This document shows positions 8,733 to 19,609 of a stretch of DNA of 64,000 nt, piece after piece (the stretch's first letter is position 1; every line of letters begins with the position of its first letter). This DNA is from a virus, in the IMG/VR virus record IMGVR_UViG_3300029106_000003, positions 1,317 to 65,316 of that record; one strand, given 5' to 3'. The translations under genes and the position numbers were made by a program. Under the pieces are notes generated by a model that saw nothing but the letters and a program-made list of their open reading frames with translations, ran no database searches and had not been told where the DNA came from.

Positions 8733-10004
8733 TTAACTGATAATCCCGCTGTCGGGAATGTCGAATGTCACGTTTTTGGATAGTGAGTCGAGTTGGACGC
8801 CGGCCTCGCCCGACGAGGAGACCCCATACACGGAACAGGTCAGGTAATAGGTATGGGCTCCCGGTGGAAGGTCCGGATGTATCGTCCCCAAAGGGATATT
8901 CAAAATGAGAATCCCTGCTCCCTTGTATTCGTAATCATATATCGCGAGGAATCCGGACCCCGAAATGCGGAAGGTGTATTTCTCACCCACCGGAGGATTT
9001 CCGTTCGGAAAACTGATACGCACCTGAAAGTAACTCGAAAGAAAAGTGAAATCCACGATTTTAATCGGGGTATATGTGCTGTTTATCTCGGCTGTCATGG
9101 CTATCGATGTGGGTATGGGGAAATAATCCGCCACGGTGATCTGTTTGTCGACCCCTGTCCAGTATTCGAACGACTTCTTATCGATAAGGAACAATGTCAC
9201 CTTCAAATTCGTCCCTATCGAATCCTCCCCCGGAAATGTGTCGCTCTGTCCGACAGGAAGTATCGGCGGAGTAGTACCGTCACTGAAAAACTTGACCTTG
9301 AAAGCGGAGTACCACACATTGCCCACCCGCAAGGTGGTTACGGTATTTGTCGAGGTATTTGTCAGCAATCGGGCAAAACTGCTTCCATTTCCATCGGTTG
9401 CCAAAATAGCCGGGTAATAATCGCCGATACTCTTGTCGGAGGCCAGCGACAGCCACGACTCGACGGGTACGCCGGTAGGATTCACCGAAGTGTCGTAATA
9501 GTTAATATCGACAAAAAGATACGGCACGTCCGCACTGATTTCGTCAATTTTACTTCCGGTAAGATTAGGTTCCGCATTGTGGTCGTAGCCGTCGAAATCG
9601 CTCAGGCGGCAAAAATCCGTCCCCGAGTGAGGATAGGCGACATAATCGAAAGAGGTATCATGGATAGCGACGATATTCGTGCCGTGCGGTATCGTAGCTT
9701 TCAAGCCATAGCGTATGCCTTGATTCTTATCCGTTTCGCTTCCTTCCCATTGATTGATGTATGTCGTGACCCCGCCGGATTGCTGAGGATAGTTGTCGGA
9801 TAGCGGTGCAGCCTGCGGATAGCGCACGGGTTTATGACGACTCCATTTGTTGATACGTCCCGGACGGCCACCCTGCAACAGGGGACGTTCGAGGGCAACG
9901 ATGTCGGCCACGTCCCATACCCCGTTTGCCGGGTATATTCCCAGCAGATTATACGGGTCGGTTATCGCTACCGGGGCTACGATCTTGTTTTTATCGATGG
10001 CCAT
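8733..10004 (-). CDS. tail or baseplate structural protein
   Basis: 423-aa ORF directly downstream of tail spike gene; beta-rich composition. Confidence 0.45.
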   Translation of the reverse strand: MAIDKNKIVAPVAITDPYNLLGIYPANGVWDVADIVALERPLLQGGRPGRINKWSRHKPVRYPQAAPLSDNYPQQSGGVTTYINQWEGSETDKNQGIRYGLKATIPHGTNIVAIHDTSFDYVAYPHSGTDFCRLSDFDGYDHNAEPNLTGSKIDEISADVPYLFVDINYYDTSVNPTGVPVESWLSLASDKSIGDYYPAILATDGNGSSFARLLTNTSTNTVTTLRVGNVWYSAFKVKFFSDGTTPPILPVGQSDTFPGEDSIGTNLKVTLFLIDKKSFEYWTGVDKQITVADYFPIPTSIAMTAEINSTYTPIKIVDFTFLSSYFQVRISFPNGNPPVGEKYTFRISGSGFLAIYDYEYKGAGILILNIPLGTIHPDLPPGAHTYYLTCSVYGVSSSGEAGVQLDSLSKNVTFDIPDSGIIS

Positions 10005-10008
10005 AGGC

Positions 10009-13000
10009 TCACTTTCCTCCTTTCCCTTTTAATTCGGACAATTCTTTTTTCAATCGTTCTATATCTTCCATAAGGGCTTTAACCAGACGGGCGGTCTCCT
10101 GCGTTGCCCCGGCTATGGTGTTGATATAGTCGGGCGACAGGTAGTTCAGAGCCCCGTAACCGTCCCCCGTTTCGTAGGCCATCGATGGCAATACCTCTTT
10201 CACCTTTTGGTACAACAGCCCCGTATGGGCTTCCCCGTCCACACCGCCCTTGTTACGCTTCCGTGCTTTTTCGGTGTATCGGAAATCGCATACCCTGCCC
10301 ATCGCCAAGAGGCGGTCGGTATAACTTCGGGTATAGTCGAAATCTCGCTTCAAACGCATGTCCGAAGTCGTTAGAGCGGTGACCGAGCCTTGTGCCGAGA
10401 TATTGCCTTGCGACGATATATCCCCTCCGGCCGTGATGTTACCGTCCGATGTGATATACCCGTTCGATCTGAGATAGTTTGTGGCCAATATTCCGCCATT
10501 ATAGATAGTAACCCTCTTGCTACCGGTTTCCGCCACGACTCCTGAACAGTAAATTCTTTCAACCCCATTTATATCTCCGCTCATGGAAATGCTGCCTACA
10601 TCTGTCAGATTACCCGAAACGTCACCCGTACCGTCAAACGGATTTCCCCAAATCGTCCGGATATTTTTAAGCCTGTCGGCGGCGATGGAATCGTTATCCG
10701 TCAAGGCGACAGACGGGGTCACCACGGTCAGCTTGCTCACGCCGACTGCCGGCATGGGAGACAACGATATACTATCCACACAGTTCTCGCAAGTCCCGTT
10801 CAAAGCCCCGTATGTGTTATAGACGAATATGGAGCAGGTCTGGTAATCCGTCTTGGCCGAAACCCAAAAACACACGCGTCCCCCGTACAAGAACACCTTC
10901 ACGTCACCCAAATCGTCACCGAAATGCGTACCGGCCGTAGCCGTAAACTCGACATCGTTCGGGGCATAATTATACGCCTGTACGATCGTATTGATAATTC
11001 GTCGGCTATAATATCCATTTCCGATCAGATGCAACGTCAACATAGCCGCCTCGGCCTCTTCGACTTTCGTGCGAATCAACCACCCGTTTCCGGTGGCTGT
11101 CTCATACATGCCGCCCCTCTTATACAGGAAAGCCCCGTTGTCAAGTCCGTTCAACTTTTTCGCATTGTCCGATTCGACCGCACGTCCGACTGTCAGCCCC
11201 GTATATGTACCGCTCACGTTGTTTATCTCGGCCAGCGAATAGGTAGGCTTGTTCGGCTGCTGCACCCAATCGTACAGGGTTATGCCTTTGGTGACAACGA
11301 TATTACCACCCGTTTTGCTGATCGCCGTCACCACATTGCCTGTACCTATCGTAGATGCGCCGGCGTTGGCGAGTTTCCAAATCTCGTTGATGGTGTAGGC
11401 GTTGAAGGTATCGGTAAGGGTGGCGTTGTCGAATGCGCCGCCCAGATCGTCGAACCCATACACGAGCTTGATGAGCCCTCCTTCACCACCGCCACCCCCT
11501 TCCCCACGCCATACACCAAGAGCGGATATTCCACCCTGTGAATACACATTAAATTTCGAGTATATCGTATTTTCCAACTCTGTGTCGAATTTCCACATAT
11601 CGTTAATACGGGCAAATCCTTCCTGCATTTGTTTTACAGTCCGTTGATACGATTGTTGCAGGGAAGCCGTCATATCATTGATGGCAGAAATCAAGTCGAT
11701 ATTCTTATTGGCAGATGCAACCTCTTCTTTCAGTTCTTGCGTATTCCCTTTTATTAGGTTGTTCCCGATGGTAATAGTCTGTTCGAAAGGATAGTCGAGT
11801 TTGGTTGTAAGGCTTATAACACGAGTAACATATGAATATCCTGCGTTTATGTATTCGACTTTTCTTCCTATGGATAAATCAGGATTGTTTTCATCGAACA
11901 CCACAGGATTAGATGAAAACTGGTAGTTGTTTTGGTCGGAAGAAAGCCGTTCTATTTCTTCGTTCATAGCTGTTTCCAGCCGTATGTACGCCGAATCTGT
12001 ATATTCTTCCGGCATTTTGACGTTGAATAGGATAATATCGTCATTTTCCGACGGTATAAGTCCCGTAATAGCAGGGATAATATAGTTACCTTCTTCCTCT
12101 TTATATTTAATCTCGAAATCTCCTTTTTTGACTTCGAAGCTTATGCCATCATCACTCGTTATTGTTTTACTCTCATCATGGTATATAAGCTCAAATTCCA
12201 TACCTTGCAAAGCCCCCGATTGGAAATGTACCGAAGGTTCCTTATTTGGTATACGCATACCATTCGGATTTTTTTCTTCGTCATAAGGGGAATTGTCGAA
12301 GTTAAATTCCGGTATTTGAAAATACCATATCGCATATTGGTCGTATATAGGGTCTCCATTTTCATCTGTGCCTATCTGTATTTTATCATTCGTTTCCGAG
12401 TCTATACGCCACATAAGGCGGAATCTGACATCTGATATGGAGAGTTCCGATGAAGGGTATATATCATCGAACAGGAGGATTTTGCTAAATATCTCTCCCT
12501 GTTGAAGGTTTGGCCTTATATCTTTATATCCGTTCGGATATTTTTTAGGGTCAAGAGTCAGCCGTTTGTTGACCAAATTGTTGACATTAGCACCTTTGTA
12601 TTCCTGTACGATGTTTCGAGTTGACCCGAATGCGTAAAATCGGGTATAATACCCATCTTTTCCCTCCGTGACCGAAGGTGTATTGATGTTTTCACCAACT
12701 TCGAGAGAAACAACAGCTCCATGTTCGGATTTCGACAGATGAATAATCATGGAATCTTTCTCAACCCACCATTCTGTATCAAACGCAGATGCTATACTGT
12801 TCAAGGCAGACAATATGTCGATTGATTGGAAAGACAAAGAAGTGGAAGCGTTAAGAGAAGAATCTACGGCGTAAGTCCATGTATCTCCGGTTTCGTTCTC
12901 GATAGCCTTGCAAATAACACTCATGAAATTGGCCGGGTTATCGGTAAGAGACCAATCCGGCTCCCGATTCGTTATCTCGTTATTCTCATCGTAAGAATAC

Positions 13001-13302
13001 ATGAAAAAAGGCACTTTACCCCATGATATAAATTTCGAATGAAATTGTGGTTTGTATTGAAATTCGACCTCGTTCTTTTGTTTTGGATTATATGGCTCCA
13101 AAAGAGAATATTTCTCACCATCGAGTATAATATAAGCCCCTACCGGAATCTCTTCATTTTGGTCCGAGTTCCACGACAATTCTACATAATCGGATTTCAT
13201 CAATTCCTCTACATGAACACACTCTTCTGTTATAGGAACTGATAAAATAGTCTCTCCTTGTATGTTTTTAATGTCTATCATGATGGTTTCGTATATCTTC
13301 AT
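10009..13302 (-). CDS. tail spike / tail-associated lysin-like protein with C-terminal intramolecular chaperone (peptidase S74) domain
   Basis: 1097 aa; C-terminal SDMRLKRD...LKKELSELKG matches autoproteolytic intramolecular chaperone domain of endosialidase/tail-fibre proteins; GGGGGEGG linker. Confidence 0.6.
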   Translation of the reverse strand: MKIYETIMIDIKNIQGETILSVPITEECVHVEELMKSDYVELSWNSDQNEEIPVGAYIILDGEKYSLLEPYNPKQKNEVEFQYKPQFHSKFISWGKVPFFMYSYDENNEITNREPDWSLTDNPANFMSVICKAIENETGDTWTYAVDSSLNASTSLSFQSIDILSALNSIASAFDTEWWVEKDSMIIHLSKSEHGAVVSLEVGENINTPSVTEGKDGYYTRFYAFGSTRNIVQEYKGANVNNLVNKRLTLDPKKYPNGYKDIRPNLQQGEIFSKILLFDDIYPSSELSISDVRFRLMWRIDSETNDKIQIGTDENGDPIYDQYAIWYFQIPEFNFDNSPYDEEKNPNGMRIPNKEPSVHFQSGALQGMEFELIYHDESKTITSDDGISFEVKKGDFEIKYKEEEGNYIIPAITGLIPSENDDIILFNVKMPEEYTDSAYIRLETAMNEEIERLSSDQNNYQFSSNPVVFDENNPDLSIGRKVEYINAGYSYVTRVISLTTKLDYPFEQTITIGNNLIKGNTQELKEEVASANKNIDLISAINDMTASLQQSYQRTVKQMQEGFARINDMWKFDTELENTIYSKFNVYSQGGISALGVWRGEGGGGGEGGLIKLVYGFDDLGGAFDNATLTDTFNAYTINEIWKLANAGASTIGTGNVVTAISKTGGNIVVTKGITLYDWVQQPNKPTYSLAEINNVSGTYTGLTVGRAVESDNAKKLNGLDNGAFLYKRGGMYETATGNGWLIRTKVEEAEAAMLTLHLIGNGYYSRRIINTIVQAYNYAPNDVEFTATAGTHFGDDLGDVKVFLYGGRVCFWVSAKTDYQTCSIFVYNTYGALNGTCENCVDSISLSPMPAVGVSKLTVVTPSVALTDNDSIAADRLKNIRTIWGNPFDGTGDVSGNLTDVGSISMSGDINGVERIYCSGVVAETGSKRVTIYNGGILATNYLRSNGYITSDGNITAGGDISSQGNISAQGSVTALTTSDMRLKRDFDYTRSYTDRLLAMGRVCDFRYTEKARKRNKGGVDGEAHTGLLYQKVKEVLPSMAYETGDGYGALNYLSPDYINTIAGATQETARLVKALMEDIERLKKELSELKGKGGK

Positions 13303-13313
13303 ACGATTTCAGT

Positions 13314-13349
13314 CAAAGATAATAAAAGTGTATGAAAAACATGCACTTT
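13314..13349 (-). promoter_or_regulatory. palindrome-type promoter (TATCTTTG -7 box plus 27-bp palindrome) for tail spike operon
   Basis: AAAAGTGTATGAAAAACATGCACTTTT adjacent to TAnnTTTG box about 12 nt upstream of ATG at 13302. Confidence 0.5.
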
Positions 13350-13351
13350 TT

Positions 13352-13771
13352 TTATGAATTTCTATCTGCTGGATTATATTCGACAAGTTTTAGAGAAAAT
13401 CGTGCTATTCCTCTCATGAATTGCGTAAATTGATTGCATGAAATATAGATTGTTTTGTAAGTAATATTTGGTTGATACTTTGTTTTTATATTTATTATGC
13501 CTGTTGCCAATTCTTCACAAAAGCTGTTGTATCTTGAAAAGAATTCTTCTTCCGTTTTTGCCGTCAGGTTAAAAGTTAAAGTGATATTTCGTTCATCGAT
13601 TTTAGGATTAGAGGACAGGACTCGTTTGCCATGTTCTAATCGAGACTTGTTTTCGATGAACTCTTTTAAAGGTGACGGTGTCATTAAGGAGGAAAGAGAT
13701 GATGTATCCATACTTATACCCCAAGTTGTATAGCAGTCTTTCCCATTTATGTAAAACTCTCCCGATGCCAT
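13352..13771 (-). CDS. hypothetical protein
   Basis: 139-aa ORF, AT-rich. Confidence 0.4.
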   Translation of the reverse strand: MASGEFYINGKDCYTTWGISMDTSSLSSLMTPSPLKEFIENKSRLEHGKRVLSSNPKIDERNITLTFNLTAKTEEEFFSRYNSFCEELATGIINIKTKYQPNITYKTIYISCNQFTQFMRGIARFSLKLVEYNPADRNS

Positions 13772-13772
13772 T

Positions 13773-14198
13773 TTATTTAAGTATAACTGAAGTTTTGTCT
13801 TTATTGATTTCTACAGGACAATTTCGTATGTTTATAAGTCTAATAACTGCGTAATTACGGGCAACTATTATAGCTCTGGCTCCATGCATGAGTATAACTT
13901 TGTGAACTCTAGTATTATCGTCAAATACTAGTTCCGCATTGGTATTGCCTATTAAAGCAATATTGGTATCATTACTTCTTTTTACATTTTTAGTGTCAAC
14001 AAACACGCAATAATTAGCAATATCATTACTCATCTCACGGAACGTTTCAATAGGAGGGAAGTTGTTCTTCTCACAAAACTCTATGCCTTGTGGTGTAAAG
14101 AACAACCATACTAGAGTTTTCCAGTCACTAACACCATAAGACTTATCGCAAGCTCCTTTTTGTAAAGCAGCCATCATTATTTCTTTTACTGTATTCAT
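13773..14198 (-). CDS. hypothetical protein
   Basis: 141-aa ORF, AT-rich. Confidence 0.4.
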   Translation of the reverse strand: MNTVKEIMMAALQKGACDKSYGVSDWKTLVWLFFTPQGIEFCEKNNFPPIETFREMSNDIANYCVFVDTKNVKRSNDTNIALIGNTNAELVFDDNTRVHKVILMHGARAIIVARNYAVIRLINIRNCPVEINKDKTSVILK

Positions 14199-14200
14199 AT

Positions 14201-17200
14201 CTATAAATCTTTAGTATTCCTATTGACTTGTGCTATATCGGATTTTATATCAATTAATAATTTCGTATATTTTGCAATGTCTTCTAAGTAGCTATTCGTA
14301 ATCACATGTTGATTAAGAATGTTATTTAGTATAGAATTGCTATTAGTTGATACAGATAAAAGAGAATTTAGAGAGATTACGGCTGAAATCATTTGATTTT
14401 TGATTTCTTCACCAGAAAGCTGCAACGCTGTAAACCGGCCGTTTAATTCCGTTGCTGTATCTTGTGACATGGTTTCAAAACCTCCGGCTTTCGACTTTTG
14501 TTCGGTGGTAGAACTTTCTCCCATGAGACTATCAGCCCAACCGAATTGAGCATCTATTTCTTGTTGAAGCTGTTCAGCCATGTTGTTGATGTAATCTTGT
14601 TCCCATTGAGAAAGCACGTTGTCGGCATAAAATTGTTGCAACTTAGTGCGTATTTCCTCCATTTTATTTGAGGATTTAATTGCTGCCTTAATGCTCTCTG
14701 TTACCATTTGTTGCATCATCTGCTTTACAACATCTTTTGCAGATTTAGCCCTATTCTCGCCAGAAGCCCATGCATCTGCATAAGCTTCTGCAAAGTTGTC
14801 AATAGCACTTTTTAGGTCTTCACCAAATATGACATTGATAGCTTTTTCTTTGTTATCAGAAATGAGATTGTTTATTTCGTCAATTTGATTTTCCCATTCT
14901 TTTATTCTGTCGCTATCTGTATTCTTTTTATCTTGTTCTTCTTTAATTTGATTTTGAATAAGTACTTTTTGTTGTTCTAGCAATTTATTTTGGTCTTCAA
15001 TCAAGCTGGAAGCACTCTTTCCGTAAGCAGTTTCAATGGACTTGCCTAACTTTTCATACGAACGGTCAAGTGTATCTACCTGATCTTGTAATTTCTGAAT
15101 CCGTTTTTCATTTTTTGCGTCGTGGATTTTTGCGATAGAGGAAGCAAGAGAGGAGACAAGACCGATGGCAGCACCAGCAGCAGAACCTATCGGTCCAAAT
15201 ATAGCACCTGCCTCTGCTCCTTGCATAGCTGAATTGAGGCCGTCCATAGCCACATTGATACCTTCGGCAATGCCTGACAGTGTATCAGATCCGAAAGCCT
15301 CTCCGAGATTTGAAAATGTGTCGGAAAGGAATTTGGCCACACTTAATACCTCACTCAATCCACTTCTTATTTCTTCAAGTCCATCTTGCAATTTTTTTGT
15401 ATTTGAACCGGCATCGAATACTTTTTTAAGACCATTAGCTAGTTTGTTAAACCCCGTTTCAGATTGATCTGCGGAATTACGGACATTATCTATACCTTTT
15501 CTAATTCGTTCTAATTCTTCGGGAGATTTACGCAATGTGTCGAAGGTCTCTTTTGTCATACCAAATTCAAGACCTTTGTTTTCGTCCCATTCGCCTGATT
15601 GCAAGAATTGGAATGCCCGTTCAGCTTCATTAGCAATGAGACGCATATCTGCAACTGTGTGTTGACGCATATCGTCAAACAATTTACTTATGGCAGACGT
15701 AGATTTATTCGCCTCTATATCCAAATCAGATAGTGCCCTTTTTGTTTCTTCGTCAATAGACTTCTGTTCCCATTCGTTTTTGCCTACCTTACGAGATTCG
15801 CCTTGCTCAATAATAGCATTACGCTTTTCATAATAGTTCCCGTAAGCGGCAAGATAATCGTTCATTGCGTTAATTTCATCATCGAGAATTTCTTTGGTCT
15901 GTTTATTCTTATTCTTTTCATTTAACCTATTTGCGGTATCAATATTTTCCTGTTGTTCAGTTGTTAGTCCATTCTCATTAAGCTTGGAGGGTTCAATCTT
16001 AGCTACTTTGTTTAACTCGGCCAGCTCTTTCTCTTTCTTTTTAATTTCTTTTTTCTGTTCTTCATAATAGTAGTTAATTTGCTTCAATTTCTTATCTTTA
16101 CCTTCTTCCCAGAGGGAGATTTCTTTCTCTTGATTTTTTTTACGAAGCTCAAGAAGTTCATCAACAAGTTTCTGCTCGGCCTCTTTTTGCTCTTTTGCTT
16201 GCTTATCTTCAGCCGCTTTATCAGATTTGGTTTTAGGCAGCTTTGCACGGAGTGCGTCAATTCGTGATTGTAACGCATTGTATTCCTTGCTTCCGCTTAC
16301 AGTTTCTCCCTGCTCTTTCTCTAATTTTGAGATTTGTGTTTTGACTTCATTGATTACTCTCAAATCTTTCTCACGTTCAAGTATAGTGTCTTGAAGCGAC
16401 TTGATATAAGCCTCTTGTTGATCCACTGCTTCTTTTGTTCCGCTGCCGTCTGCAAGGGCCTTTTTTAATGATGCAAGTGAGGTTTCAGCCTTCTTGATTT
16501 CTTCTTCAAGTTGGGAGATGGATTTACCTTCTGTTGTAAAAATATTTTCAGTAGGTGAATCAAATGAGGGTTCGGGAATGAAATATTTGTTTCTGTATTC
16601 TTCTAAATTTTTATTTCTTATTTCAGCTTGTCGCCTTATTTCAAATAGAAGTGTATTTGCACTTTCTCCCCATCCAGTAGATACATCATTAAAAATCCTT
16701 TGAATTTCTGTCGGTATATCTCGACCGCTATCCAGCCAGTTTAACCAATTTCGGTAGACTTTTAATCCAGACTCATCTCCATATTTTTTTGTAAATGCAT
16801 CATATACTTTTGTTAAGTTTTTTTCTCTGACGCTATTGTATATATCTTCTTCTTGTTTGGCAAAATTGGTATAATTTTGTGCGGCCATAGATTTACGTAT
16901 GGCTTTTTCTAATTTTTCATATTGTCCAGCAAGAGACCCTGTTTTATCAATTTCTTCATCAATGCCAGAAAGATACTTTGAATAGCCATTTACTATTTTT
17001 TCTTTTATAGCATACCATTCGTCAGACCATTTTTTAGCCTCCGTAAGTTGCCTATTAAGTTCCCTTAATGTGGACATTTCATTTAATGCAGCCACTTCGG
17101 TTTTACCAAATTCATCGTTCAGCCTTTCCTGTGCCTTTTCTGCTTCTGTTTGATAAGTGACTAATTTATAAATACCTAAACCTAGTGCTGTTACTGCCGC

Positions 17201-18232
17201 TGCTACTGCGACATATGGGTTGGCAAGTAAAGTCTTGTTGAGTAGGGATTGAGCTTTTTGTGTAAGCACCAGCCAACTATAATGTATTGCCTCTTTAGCT
17301 GTCAATGCAGTAATACCAGCAGCTTGAAGGTTATGTAATGCAGTAATAGCCATAAGCGCAGTTCTGTATGCTCCGTATGTACCGACCAATTCAATTAGTA
17401 TTTTTCCTACTTTTTCATAGTTTTCTATCAAATAAGAGACGCTGGATAATGCATCATTGATAATACCTTCATTCGCTTTGCCGATCTCGTTCAACATCAT
17501 CGAGAAACTATCTCCTATGTTAGAAATCTGTCCGGTAATGGTTTTGCTTTGTTCTTGCATTAAGTTAAAGAACATACCACCCTCGTTGGTAAGGTTCTGT
17601 ATGACTTTCTGAACCTCTGGAAACCCTATCATACCAGCTTCTACCATTCCTTTGATTTCACTTTCAGCTACTCCAAATTCTTTGGCAAGTTCTTTTATCA
17701 TTGGAATACCTCGTCCAGTGAATTGGTTTAGGTCCTGTGTATAAAGTCGACCTTGTGTCATAGTTGTACCATAGAGATATACTAAGTCTCCCAAAGGTTG
17801 TGAAAGTCCGGCTGCAATGTTCCCTAATCGTATAAGAGTCTCGTTAACATCTTCAGCAGAAGTACCGTAAGCCAGTAATTGACGAGCTCCATTGGCAACA
17901 CCTTGTAGATCGAATGGAGTTTTGGCGGCTGTTTCTGTGAGCTGAGCCATAAGGACGTTTGCCTTTTCACTACTTCCAAGCATAGTGGTAAAGGCGACCT
18001 CTAATTGTTGAAATTCACCTCTTACTTGTATAATATTTTGGATAAGTTCTTTTGCTGTAAAGCCAGCCCCAAAAGCTGCAGCTGCTTTCGTCATTTTGTT
18101 GAACATATCTTCTATGCCCAATCCATTTTTTTCTATTTCCTTAGAAGTATTGGTTACTCCGGTTTCTACTTCTCGTAGTTTACGAAGAAAATTAGAATTG
18201 TCGCCTGTTATATCAAAATGAAGTCCGGCCAT
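14201..18232 (-). CDS. tail tape measure protein
   Basis: 1343 aa, largely coiled-coil, hydrophobic Gly/Ala-rich stretch (AGAIFGPIGSAAGAAIGLV), position between tail tube and tail tip genes. Confidence 0.8.
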   Translation of the reverse strand: MAGLHFDITGDNSNFLRKLREVETGVTNTSKEIEKNGLGIEDMFNKMTKAAAAFGAGFTAKELIQNIIQVRGEFQQLEVAFTTMLGSSEKANVLMAQLTETAAKTPFDLQGVANGARQLLAYGTSAEDVNETLIRLGNIAAGLSQPLGDLVYLYGTTMTQGRLYTQDLNQFTGRGIPMIKELAKEFGVAESEIKGMVEAGMIGFPEVQKVIQNLTNEGGMFFNLMQEQSKTITGQISNIGDSFSMMLNEIGKANEGIINDALSSVSYLIENYEKVGKILIELVGTYGAYRTALMAITALHNLQAAGITALTAKEAIHYSWLVLTQKAQSLLNKTLLANPYVAVAAAVTALGLGIYKLVTYQTEAEKAQERLNDEFGKTEVAALNEMSTLRELNRQLTEAKKWSDEWYAIKEKIVNGYSKYLSGIDEEIDKTGSLAGQYEKLEKAIRKSMAAQNYTNFAKQEEDIYNSVREKNLTKVYDAFTKKYGDESGLKVYRNWLNWLDSGRDIPTEIQRIFNDVSTGWGESANTLLFEIRRQAEIRNKNLEEYRNKYFIPEPSFDSPTENIFTTEGKSISQLEEEIKKAETSLASLKKALADGSGTKEAVDQQEAYIKSLQDTILEREKDLRVINEVKTQISKLEKEQGETVSGSKEYNALQSRIDALRAKLPKTKSDKAAEDKQAKEQKEAEQKLVDELLELRKKNQEKEISLWEEGKDKKLKQINYYYEEQKKEIKKKEKELAELNKVAKIEPSKLNENGLTTEQQENIDTANRLNEKNKNKQTKEILDDEINAMNDYLAAYGNYYEKRNAIIEQGESRKVGKNEWEQKSIDEETKRALSDLDIEANKSTSAISKLFDDMRQHTVADMRLIANEAERAFQFLQSGEWDENKGLEFGMTKETFDTLRKSPEELERIRKGIDNVRNSADQSETGFNKLANGLKKVFDAGSNTKKLQDGLEEIRSGLSEVLSVAKFLSDTFSNLGEAFGSDTLSGIAEGINVAMDGLNSAMQGAEAGAIFGPIGSAAGAAIGLVSSLASSIAKIHDAKNEKRIQKLQDQVDTLDRSYEKLGKSIETAYGKSASSLIEDQNKLLEQQKVLIQNQIKEEQDKKNTDSDRIKEWENQIDEINNLISDNKEKAINVIFGEDLKSAIDNFAEAYADAWASGENRAKSAKDVVKQMMQQMVTESIKAAIKSSNKMEEIRTKLQQFYADNVLSQWEQDYINNMAEQLQQEIDAQFGWADSLMGESSTTEQKSKAGGFETMSQDTATELNGRFTALQLSGEEIKNQMISAVISLNSLLSVSTNSNSILNNILNQHVITNSYLEDIAKYTKLLIDIKSDIAQVNRNTKDL

Positions 18233-18277
18233 GAGTCTTTTCGATTAAAAGGGGTAGATGTAACATCACATCATTTG

Positions 18278-18313
18278 CAAATATACAAAAGTGTATGAAA
18301 TTCATATACTTTT
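18278..18313 (-). promoter_or_regulatory. palindrome-type promoter for tape measure operon
   Basis: AAAAGTGTATGAAATTCATATACTTTT adjacent to TATATTTG box (minus strand). Confidence 0.5.
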
Positions 18314-18422
18314 GATAAAATAGAATAGAGTTAATAAAGTTTAACTAATGTGTGAGTATAAATATTTTAATAAATGATTATTGTATTATACTTTTGACGA
18401 AACAATCTAAACAGCATAAGAT

Positions 18423-19583
18423 ATGGATTTCAAAGATACAATTCAACAGATTGTAGAGAAAATTGCTAAACAGAAGGATAGCATAGCAACGGAAGAAGCG
18501 ACAAAAAACTCTTTTGTAATGCCTGTGATAGCAGCATTGGGATATGATGTATTCAATCCCTTTGAGGTTGTACCGGAAATGGATTGTGACTTAGTTAAGA
18601 GGAAAGGCGAAAAAATAGACTATGCCATAATGAAGGACGAAAATCCTATACTACTTATAGAATGCAAGCATTGTAAACAAAACTTGAATTTACATGACAC
18701 TCAATTACAAAGATATTTTGTCGCTTCAAAGGCTAGGTTTGGGGTCTTGACGAATGGAATAGAATATCGCTTTTATACAGATTTAGAAAAGGTGAACATA
18801 ATGGACGAAAAGCCGTTCCTTGTGGTGAATATGCTCGATTTATCGGACAACGATATTGAGCAACTAAAAAAGTTTCATAAGTCTTATTATAATGAGCAAG
18901 ATATATTGAGCACGGCACAAGAGTTACAAATCACGATACAAGTAAAAGAAATGCTTAATCGTAATTTCCAAATGCCGGACGATGAATTTACACGTTATTT
19001 TGTCCGTAATCTTAATGATGGGAAATATACGGCAAAACTTGTGGATCAATATAGACCTATTGTTAAGAAATCCATTGCTTTGGTGATTAACGATATTATA
19101 TCCGACCGTTTAAATGTGGCTATGAAGAATGAGAATAAGGAGGAAAAACAGATACCACAGGAGGTTGAGAATGAAAATCAACAGCCGAACGAAATGAATG
19201 AAGAAAAACTTCCCGATGGTGTAGTATTTCAAGACCGAGAAAAAGGTATAGTTACTACACAAGAGGAGATAGATGCCTATAACATCGTGCGTAGTATATT
19301 GAGGCAGTATGTAGATGTATCTCGTATTCAATATAACGACTACAAGACTTATTTTTCCGTGAACATAGATGGTAGTACATGGTGGTGGATTTGCCGCATT
19401 TATATAGGGAAACGGAGTAAAAAAATATGCTTGCCAAAGGATAACTACAAGACGAATGAATGGATTGACATTGAGACTATCGATGATATTTTTAATTATG
19501 CCGATGGTCTTAAAGAGGGTCTTGATTTGGCATTGAAAGAGGCGAATTATTGGCTTGCAAAGAAAAATGAATTAGAAAAATGA
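18423..19583 (+). CDS. PD-(D/E)xK nuclease, HsdR N-terminal-domain-like (moron)
   Basis: VMPVIAALGYDVFNPFE...KIDYAI...LLIECKHCK gives the D...ExK core of type I restriction R-subunit N-domain; antisense to surrounding tail genes; AT-rich. Confidence 0.55.
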   Translation: MDFKDTIQQIVEKIAKQKDSIATEEATKNSFVMPVIAALGYDVFNPFEVVPEMDCDLVKRKGEKIDYAIMKDENPILLIECKHCKQNLNLHDTQLQRYFVASKARFGVLTNGIEYRFYTDLEKVNIMDEKPFLVVNMLDLSDNDIEQLKKFHKSYYNEQDILSTAQELQITIQVKEMLNRNFQMPDDEFTRYFVRNLNDGKYTAKLVDQYRPIVKKSIALVINDIISDRLNVAMKNENKEEKQIPQEVENENQQPNEMNEEKLPDGVVFQDREKGIVTTQEEIDAYNIVRSILRQYVDVSRIQYNDYKTYFSVNIDGSTWWWICRIYIGKRSKKICLPKDNYKTNEWIDIETIDDIFNYADGLKEGLDLALKEANYWLAKKNELEK

Positions 19584-19609
19584 CAAACGTAACTAATACA
19601 AATTTTAGA

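Noticed and set aside
8793-9803. 336-aa plus-strand ORF antisense to the 423-aa tail protein gene (also 10924..11541 and 15165..15467 plus-strand ORFs)
   Set aside because: Arg-rich low-complexity translations lying fully inside well-supported minus-strand structural genes. These are shadow ORFs.
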